From: Eledone cirrhosa
Lineage: Eukaryota
Assembly (NCBI GenBank): GCA_964016885.1
Contig: OZ024741.1
Coordinates: 54,064,001-54,128,000 of the forward strand
Reading direction: 5' to 3'
DNA length: 64,000 bases
Shown here piece after piece: positions 51,901 to 62,000 of the stretch. Positions within the stretch are counted from its first letter, which is position 1. Each line of letters starts with the position of its first letter. A model generated the notes under the pieces. That model saw nothing but the letters and a program-made list of their open reading frames with translations. It was not told the origin of the DNA and made no database searches. A program made the translations under genes and the position numbers.

Positions 51901-54900
51901 TACTGTTGTTGTTACTGTTGTTGTTACTGTTGTTACTGTTGTTGTTACTGTTGTTACTGTTGTTGTTACTGTTGTTGTTAGTATTGTTGTTAGTATTCTT
52001 GTTACTGTTGTTGTTATTGTTGTTGTTACGGTTGTTGTTACTGTTGTTGTTGTTATTGTTGATGTTACTGTGTTGTTACTGTTGTTGTTACTGTTGTTGT
52101 TACTGTTGTTGTTACTGTTGTTGTTGTTATTGTTGTTGTTACTGTTGTTACTGTTGTTGTTACTGTTGTTGTTACAGTTGTTGTTACTGTTGTTGTTACT
52201 GTTGTTGTTACTGTTGTTGTTACTGTTGTTGTTACTGTTGTTGTTACTGTTGTTGTTACTGTTGTTACTGTTGTTGTTACTGTTGTTACTGTTGTTGTTA
52301 CTGTTGTTGTTACAGTTGTTGTTACTGTTGTTGTTACTGTTGTTGTTGCTGTTGTTGTTACTGTTGTTGTTACCGTTGTTGTTGTTACTGTTGTTGTTAC
52401 TGCTGTTACTGTTGTTGTTACTGTTGTTGTTACAGTTGTTGTTACTGTTGTTGTTACTGTTGTTGTTACTGTTGTTGTTACTGTTGTTGTTACTGTTGTT
52501 GTTGTTATTGTTGTTGTTACTGTTGTTACTGTTGTTGTTACTGTTGTTGTTACAGTTGTTGTTACTGTTGTTGTTAATGTTGTTGTTACTGTTGTCGCTG
52601 TTATTGTTGTTGTTACTGTTTTTGTTACTGTTGATGTTAATGTTGTTGTTACTGTTGTTGTTACTGTTGTTGTTACTGTTGTTGTTACTGTTGTTGTTGT
52701 TATTGTTGTTGTTACTGTTTTTGTTACTGTTGTTGTTACTGTTGTTACTGTTGTTGTTACTGTTGTTGTTAGTATTGTTGTTAGTATTGTTGTTACTGTT
52801 GTTGTTATTGTTGTTGTTACGGTTGTTGTTACTGTTGTTGTTGTTATTGTTGATGTTACTGTGTTGTTACTGTTGTTGTTACTGTTGTTGTTACTGTTGT
52901 TGTTACTGTTGTTGTTGTTATTGTTGTTGTTACTGTTGTTACTGTTGTTGTTACTGTTGTTGTTACAGTTGTTGTTACTGTTGTTGTTACTGTTGTTGTT
53001 ACTGTTGTTGTTACTGATGTTACTGTTGTTGTTACTGTTGTTACTGTTGTTGTTACTGTTGTTGTTACTGTTGTTGTTACTGTTGTTGTTACTGTTGTTG
53101 TTACTGTTGTTGCTACTGTTGTTACTGTTGTTGTTACTGTTGTTACTGTTGTTGTTACTGTTGTTGTTACTGTCGTTGTTACTGTTGTTGTTACTGTTGT
53201 TGTTACTGTTGTTGTTACTGTTGTTGTTACTGTTGTTACTGTTGTTGTTACTGTTGTTACTGTTGTTGTTAATGTTGTTGTTACTGTTGTTGTTACTGTT
53301 GTTGTTACTGTTGTTGTTACTGTTGTTGTTGTTATTGTTGTTGTTACTGTTGTTGTTACTGTTGTTGTTACTGTTGTTGTTACTGTTGTTGTTACAGTTG
53401 TTGTTACTGTTGTTGTAACTGTTGTTGTTACTGTTGTTGTTACTGTTGTTGTTACTGTTGTTGTTACTGTTGTTGTTACTGTTGTTACTGTTGTTGTTAC
53501 TGTTGTTGTTACTGTTGTTGCTACTGTTGTTGTTACTGTTGTTGTTACTGTTGTTGTTACTGTTGTTGTTGTTATTGTTGTTGTTACTGTTTTTGTTACT
53601 GTTGTTGTTAATGTTGTTGTTACTGTTGTTGTTACTGTTGTTGTTACTGTTGTTGTTGTTATTGTTGTTGTTACTGTTGTTGTTACTGTTGTTGTTACTG
53701 TTGTTGTTACTGTTGTTGTTACTGTTGTTGTTGTTATTGTTGTTGTTACTGTTTTTGTTACTGTTGTTGTTACTGTTGTTGTTACTGTTGTTGTTACTGT
53801 TGTTACTGTTGTTGTTACTGTTGTTGTTACTGTTGTTGTTACAGTGTTTGTCACTGTTGTTGTTACTGTTGTTGTTACTGTTGTTACCGTTGTTGTTACT
53901 GTTGTTGTTACTGTTGTTGTTACTGTTGTTGTTACTGTTGTTGTTATTGTTGGTGTTACGGTTGTTACTGTTGTTGTTGCTGTTGTTGTTACTGTTGTTG
54001 TTGTTATTGTTGTTGTTACTGTTGTTGTTACTGTTATTGTTGTTATTTTTGTTGTTACTGTTGTTGTTACTGTTGTTGTTACTGTTGTTACTGTTGTTGT
54101 TACTGTTGTTACTGTTGTTGTTACTGTTGTTGTTACTGTTGTTGTTGCTGTTGTTGTTGCTGTTGTTTTTACTGTTGTTGTTACTGTTGTTGTTACTGTT
54201 GTTGTTACTGTTGTTGTTACTGTTGTTGTTGCTGTTGTTGTTGCTGTTGTTGTTACTGTTGTTGTTACTGTTGTTGTTACTGTTGTTGTTACTGTTGATG
54301 TTACTGTTGTTGTTACTGTTGTTAGTGTTGTTGTTACTGTTGTTGTTGCTGTTGTTGTTACTGTTGTTGTTACTGTTGTTGTTACTGTTGATGTTACTGT
54401 TGATGTTACTGTTGTTGTTACCGTTGTTACTGTTGTTGTTACTGTTGTTACTGTTGTTGTTACTGTTGTTGTTACTGTTATTGTTACTGTTGATGTTACT
54501 GTTGTTGTTACTGTTGTTGTTACTGTTGTTGTTACTGTTGTTGTTACTGTTGATGTTACTGTTGTTGTTACTGTTGTTGTTACTGTTGTTACTGTTGTTG
54601 TTACTGTTGTTACTGTTGTTGTTACTGTTGTTGTTACTGTTGTTGTGACTGTTGTTGTTACTGTTGTTACTGTTGTTGTTACTGTTGTTACTGTTGTTGT
54701 TATTGTTGTTGTTACTGTTGTTGTTACTGTTGTTATTACTGTTGTTGTTGCTGTTGTTGTTGCTGTTGTTGTTGCTGTTGTTATTACTGTTGTTGTTACT
54801 GTATTTGTTACTCTTGTTGTTACTGTTGTTGTTACTGTTGTTACTGTTGTTGTTACTGTTGTTACTGTTGTTGTTACTGTTGTTGTTACTGTTGTTGTTA

Positions 54901-57900
54901 CTGTTGTTGTTACTGTTATTGTTACAGTTGTTGTTACAGTTGTTGTTACTGTTGTTGTTACTGTTGTTGTTACCGTTGTTACTGTTGCTGTTACTGTTGT
55001 TGTTACTGTTGATGTTACTGTTGTTGTTACTGTTGTTACTGTTATGTTGTTGCTGTTGTTACTGTTGTTGTTACTGTTGTTGTTACTGTTGTTACTGTTG
55101 TTGTTACTGTTGTTGTTAGTATTGTTCTTAGTATTGTTGTTACTGTTGTTGTTATTGTTGTTGTTACGGTTGTTGTTACTGTTGTTGTTGTTATTGTTGA
55201 TGTTACTGTGTTGTTATTGTTGTTGTTTCTGTTGTTGTTTCTGTTGTTGTTACCTGTGTTGTTAATGTTGTTGTTGTTGCTGTTGTTACTGTTGTTGTTA
55301 CTGTTGTTGTTACAGTTGTTGTTACTGTTGTTGTTACTGTTGTTGTTACTGTTGTTACTGTTGTTGTTACTGTTGTTACTGTTGTTGTTACTGTTGTTGT
55401 TAGTATTGTTGTTAGTATTGTTGTTACTGTTGTTGTTATTGTTGTTGTTACGGTTGTTGTTACTGTTGTTGTTGTTATTGTTGATGTTACTGTGTTGTTA
55501 CTGTTGTTGTTACTGTTGTTGTTACTGTTGTTGTTACTGTTGTTGTTGTTATTGTTGTTGTTACTGTTGTTACTGTTGTTGTTACTGTTGTTGTTACTGT
55601 TGTTGTTACTGTTGTTACTGTTGTTGTTACTGTTGTTACTGTTGTTGTTACTGTTGTTGTTACAGTTGTTGTTACTGTTGTTGTTACTGTTGTTGTTGCT
55701 GTTGTTGTTGTTACTGTTGTTGTTACTGCTGTTACTGTTGTTGTTACTGTTGTTGTTACAGTTGTTGTTACTGTTGTTGTTACTGTTGTTGTTACTGTTG
55801 TTGTTACTGTTGTTGTTACTGTTGTTGTTGTTATTGTTGTTGTTACTGTTGTTACTGTTGTTGTTACTGTTGTTGTTACAGTTGTTGTTACTGTTGTTGT
55901 TAATGTTGTTGTTACTGTTGTCGCTGTTATTGTTGTTGTTACTGTTTTTGTTACTGTTGATGTTAATGTTGTTGTTACTGTTGTTGTTACTGTTGTTGTT
56001 ACTGTTGTTGTTACTGTTGTTGTTGTTATTGTTGTTGTTACTGTTTTTGTTACTGTTGTTGTTACTGTTGTTACTGTTGTTGTTACTGTTGTTGTTAGTA
56101 TTGTTGTTAGTATTGTTGTTACTGTTGTTGTTATTGTTGTTGTTACGGTTGTTGTTACTGTTGTTGTTGTTATTGTTGATGTTACTGTGTTGTTACTGTT
56201 GTTGTTACTGTTGTTGTTACTGTTGTTGTTACTGTTGTTGTTGTTATTGTTGTTGTTACTGTTGTTACTGTTGTTGTTACTGTTGTTGTTACAGTTGTTG
56301 TTACTGTTGTTGTTACTGTTGTTGTTACTGTTGTTGTTACTGATGTTACTGTTGTTGTTACTGTTGTTACTGTTGTTACTGTTGTTGTTACTGTTGTTGT
56401 TACTGTTGTTGTTACTGTTGTTGTTACTGTTGTTGTTACTGTTGTTGCTACTGTTGTTACTGTTGTTGTTACTGTTGTTACTGTTGTTGTTACTGTTGTT
56501 GTTACTGTCGTTGTTACTGTTGTTGTTACTGTTGTTGTTACTGTTGTTGTTACTGTTGTTGTTACTGTTGTTACTGTTGTTGTTACTGTTGTTACTGTTG
56601 TTGTTAATGTTGTTGTTACTGTTGTTGTTACTGTTGTTGTTACTGTTGTTGTTACTGTTGTTGTTGTTATTGTTGTTGTTACTGTTGTTGTTACTGTTGT
56701 TGTTACTGTTGTTGTTACTGTTGTTGTTACAGTTGTTGTTACTGTTGTTGTAACTGTTGTTGTTACTGTTGTTGTTACTGTTGTTGTTACTGTTGTTGTT
56801 ACTGTTGTTGTTACTGTTGTTACTGTTGTTGTTACTGTTGTTGTTACTGTTGTTGCTACTGTTGTTGTTACTGTTGTTGTTACTGTTGTTGTTACTGTTG
56901 TTGTTGTTATTGTTGTTGTTACTGTTTTTGTTACTGTTGTTGTTAATGTTGTTGTTACTGTTGTTGTTACTGTTGTTGTTACTGTTGTTGTTGTTATTGT
57001 TGTTGTTACTGTTGTTGTTACTGTTGTTGTTACTGTTGTTGTTACTGTTGTTGTTACTGTTGTTGTTGTTATTGTTGTTGTTACTGTTTTTGTTACTGTT
57101 GTTGTTACTGTTGTTGTTACTGTTGTTGTTACTGTTGTTACTGTTGTTGTTACTGTTGTTGTTACTGTTGTTGTTACAGTGTTTGTCACTGTTGTTGTTA
57201 CTGTTGTTGTTACTGTTGTTACTGTTGTTGTTACTGTTGTTGTTACTGTTGTTGTTACTGTTGTTGTTACTGTTGTTGTTATTGTTGGTGTTACGGTTGT
57301 TACTGTTGTTGTTGCTGTTGTTGTTACTGTTGTTGTTGTTATTGTTGTTGTTACTGTTGTTGTTACTGTTATTGTTGTTATTTTTGTTGTTACTGTTGTT
57401 GTTACTGTTGTTGTTACTGTTGTTGTTACTGTTGTTACTGTTGTTGTTACTGTTGTTACTGTTGTTGTTACTGTTGTTGTTACTGTTGTTGTTGCTGTTG
57501 TTGTTGCTGTTGTTTTTACTGTTGTTGTTACTGTTGTTGTTACTGTTGTTGTTACTGTTGTTGTTACTGTTGTTGTTGCTGTTGTTGTTGCTGTTGTTGT
57601 TACTGTTGTTGTTACTGTTGTTGTTACTGTTGTTGTTACTGTTGATGTTACTGTTGTTGTTACTGTTGTTAGTGTTGTTGTTACTGTTGTTGTTGCTGTT
57701 GTTGTTACTGTTGTTGTTACTGTTGTTGTTACTGTTGATGTTACTGTTGATGTTACTGTTGTTGTTACCGTTGTTACTGTTGTTGTTACTATTGTTACTG
57801 TTGTTGTTACTGTTGTTGTTACTGTTGTTGTTACTGTTGATGTTACTGTTGTTGTTACTGTTGTTGTTACTGTTGTTGTTACTGTTGTTGTTACTGTTGA

Positions 57901-59050
57901 TGTTACTGTTGTTGTTACTGTTGTTGTTACTGTTGTTACTGTTGTTGTTACTGTTGTTACTGTTGTTGTTACTGTTGTTGTTACTGTTGTTGTTACTGTT
58001 GTTGTTACTGTTGTTACTGTTGCTGTTACTGTTGTTACTGTTGTTGTTACTGTTGTTGTTACTGTTGTTGTTACTGTTGTTATTACTGTTGTTGTTGCTG
58101 TTGTTGTTGCTGTTGTTGTTGCTGTTGTTATTACTGTTGTTGTTACTGTATTTGTTACTCTTGTTGTTACTGTTGTTGTTACTGTTGTTACTGTTGTTGT
58201 TACTGTTGTTACTGTTGTTGTTACTGTTGTTGTTACTGTTGTTGTTACTGTTGTTGTTACTGTTATTGTTACAGTTGTTGTTACAGTTGTTGTTACTGTT
58301 GTTGTTACTGTTGTTGTTACCGTTGTTACTGTTGCTGTTACTGTTGTTGTTACTGTTGATGTTACTGTTGTTGTTACTGTTGTTACTGTTATGTTGTTGC
58401 TGTTGTTACTGTTGTTGTTACTGTTGTTGTTACTGTTGTTACTGTTGTTGTTACTGTTGTTGTTAGTATTGTTCTTAGTATTGTTGTTACTGTTGTTGTT
58501 ATTGTTGTTGTTACGGTTGTTGTTACTGTTGTTGTTGTTATTGTTGATGTTACTGTGTTGTTATTGTTGTTGTTTCTGTTGTTGTTTCTGTTGTTGTTAC
58601 CTGTGTTGTTAATGTTGTTGTTGTTGCTGTTGTTACTGTTGTTGTTACTGTTGTTGTTACAGTTGTTGTTACTGTTGTTGTTACTGTTGTTGTTACTGTT
58701 GTTACTGTTGTTGTTACTGTTGTTACTGTTGTTGTTACTGTTGTTGTTAGTATTGTTGTTAGTATTGTTGTTACTGTTGTTGTTATTGTTGTTGTTACGG
58801 TTGTTGTTACTGTTGTTGTTGTTATTGTTGATGTTACTGTGTTGTTACTGTTGTTGTTACTGTTGTTGTTACTGTTGTTGTTACTGTTGTTGTTGTTATT
58901 GTTGTTGTTACTGTTGTTACTGTTGTTGTTACTGTTGTTGTTACAGTTGTTGTTACTGTTGTTGTTACTGTTGTTGTTACTGTTGTTGTTACTGTTGTTG
59001 TTACTGTTGTTGTTACTGTTGTTGTTACTGTTGTTACTGTTGTTGTTACT
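48950..59050 (+). repeat. Higher-order repeat domain C: three tandem copies of a ~3.3-3.4-kb unit
   Basis: ACAGTGTTTGTCACT near 50413, 53841 and 57177; ORF triplets 49428/52856/56182 and 50416/53844/57179 (offsets 3428 and 3326-3335). Confidence 0.9.
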
Positions 59051-62000
59051 GTTGTTACTGTTGTTGTTACTGTTGTTGTTACTGTTGTTGTTACTGTTGT
59101 TGTTACAGTTGTTGTTACTGTTGTTGTTACTGTTGTTGTTACTGTTGTTGTTGTTATTGTTGTTGTTACTGTTTTTGTTACTGATGTTGTTACTGTTGTT
59201 GTTACTGTTGTTGTTACTGTTGTTGTTACTGTTGTTGTTACTGTTGTTACTGTTGTTGTTACTGTTGTTGTTACTGTTGTTGCTACTGTTGTTGTTACTG
59301 TTGTTGTTACTGTTGTTGTTACTGTTGTTGTTGTTATTGTTGTTGTTACTGTTTTTGTTACTGTTGTTGTTAATGTTGTTGTTACTGTTGTTGTTACTGT
59401 TGTTGTTACTGTTGTTGTTGTTATTGTTGTTGTTACTGTTGTTGTTACTGTTGTTGTTACTGTTGTTGTTACTGTTGTTGTTACTGTTGTTGTTGTTATT
59501 GTTGTTGTTACTGTTTTTGTTACTGTTGTTGTTACTGTTGTTGTTACTGTTGTTGTTACTGTTGTTACTGTTGTTGTTACTGTTGTTGTTACTGTTGTTG
59601 TTACAGTTGTTGTCACTGTTGTTGTTACTGTTGTTGTTACTGTTGTTACTGTTGTTGTTACTGTTGTTGTTACTGTTGTTGTTACTGTTGTTGTTACTGT
59701 TGTTGTTACTGTTGTTGTTATTGTTGGTGTTACGGTTGTTACTGTTGTTGTTGCTGTTGTTGTTACTGTTGTTGTTGTTATTGTTGTTGTTACTGTTGTT
59801 GTTACTGTTATTGTTGTTATTTTTGTTGTTACTGTTGTTGTTACTGTTGTTGTTACTGTTGTTGTTACTGTTGTTACTGTTGTTGTTACTGTTGTTGTTG
59901 CTGTTGTTGTTGCTGTTGTTGTTACTGTTGTTGTTACTGTTGTTGTTACTGTTGTTGTTACTGTTGATGTTACTGTTGCTGTTACTGTTGTTAGTGTTGT
60001 TGTTACTGTTGTTGTTGCTGTTGTTGTTACTGTTGTTGTTACTGTTGTTGTTACTGTTGATGTTACTGTTGATGTTACTGTTGTTGTTACCGTTGTTACT
60101 GTTGTTGTTACTGTTGTTACTGTTGTTGTTACTGTTGTTGTTACTGTTGTTGTTACTGTTGTTGTTACTGTTGTTGTTACTGTTGTTGTTACTGTTGATG
60201 TTACTGTTGTTGTTACTGTTGTTGTTACTGTTGTTACTGTTGTTACTGTTGTTGTTACTGTTGTTGTTACTGTTGTTGTTACTGTTGTTGTTACTGTTGT
60301 TATTACTGTTGTTGTTGCTGTTGTTGTTGCTGTTGTTGTTGCTGTTGTTATTACTGTTGTTGTTACTGTATTTGTTACTCTTGTTGTTACTGTTGTTGTT
60401 ACTGTTGTTACTGTTGTTGTTACTGTTGTTACTGTTGTTGTTACTGTTGTTGTTACTGTTGTTATTACTGTTGTTATTACTGTTGTTGTTACTGTTGTTG
60501 TTGCTGTTGTTGTTACTGTTGTTACTGTTGATGTCACTGTTGTTACTGTTGTCGTTACTGTTGTTGTTATGGTGTTACTGTTGTCGTTACTGTTGTTGTT
60601 ACTGTTGTTGTTACTGTTGTTATTACTGTTGTTGTTGCTGTTGTTGTTGCTGTTGTTGTTGCTGTTGTTGTTACTGTTGTTGTTACTGTTGTTGTTACTG
60701 TTGATGTTACTGTTGTTGTTACTGTTGTTGTTACTGTTGTTACTGTTGTCGTTACTGTTGTTGTTACTGTTGTTGTTACTGTTGTTTTTACTGTTGTTGT
60801 TGCTGTTGTTGTTGCTGTTGTTGTTGCTGTTTTTGTTACTGTTGTTGTTACTGTTGTTGTTACTGTTGATGTTACTGTTGTTGTTGCTGTTTTTGTTACT
60901 GTTGTTGTTACTGTTGTTGTTACTGTTGATGTTACTGTTGTTGTTACTGTTGTTGTTACTGTTGTTGTTACTGTTGTTGTTGCTGTTGTTGTTCCTGTTG
61001 TTACTGTTGTTGTTACTGTTGTTATTTCTGTTGTTGTTGCTGTTATTGTTACTGTTGATGTTGCTGTTGTTGTTACTGTTGTTGTTACTGTTGTTGTTAC
61101 TGTTGTTGTTACTGTTGTTGTTACTGTTGTTGTTACTGTTGTTACTGTTGTTGTTGCTGTTATTGTTACTGTTGATGTTGCTCTTATTGTTACTGTTGTT
61201 GTTACTGTTGTTGTTATTGTTGTTGTTGCTGTTGTTTTTACTGTTGTTACTGTTATTGTTACTGTTGTTGTTGCTGTTGTTGTTGCTGTTGTTGTTACTG
61301 TTGTTGTTACTGTTGTTGTCACTGTTGTTGTTACTGTTGTTGTTACTGTTGTTGTTGCTGTTGTTGTTACAGTTGTTGTTACAGTTGTTGTTACTTTTGT
61401 TGTTACTGTTGTTGTTACTGTTGTTGTTATTGTTGTTGTTACTGTTGTTGTTATTGTTGTAGTTATTGTTGTTGTTACTGTTCTTGTTACTGTTGTTGTT
61501 ACTGTTGTTGTTACTGTTGTTGTTACTGTTGTTGTTACTGTTGTTGTTACTGTTATTCTTACAGTTGTTGTTACAGTTGTTGTTACTGTTGTTGTTACTG
61601 TTGTTGTTACCGTTGTTACTGTTGCTGTTACTGTTGTTGTTACTGTTGATGTTACTGTTGTTGTTACTGTTGTTACTGTTATGTTGTTGCTGTTGTTACT
61701 GTTGTTGTTACTGATGTTACTGTTGTTGTTACTGTTGTTGTTAGTATTGTTCTTAGTATTGTTGTTACTGTTGTTGTTATTGTTGTTGTTACGGTTGTTG
61801 TTACTGTTGTTGTTGTTATTGTTGATGTTACTGTGTTGTTATTGTTGTTGTTTCTGTTGTTGTTTCTGTTGTTGTTACCTGTGTTGTTACTGTTGTTGTT
61901 GTTGCTGTTGTTACTGTTGTTGTTACTTTTGTTGTTACTGTTGTTGTTACTGTTGTTGTTACTGTTGTTGTTATTGTTGTTGTTACTGTTGTTGTTACTG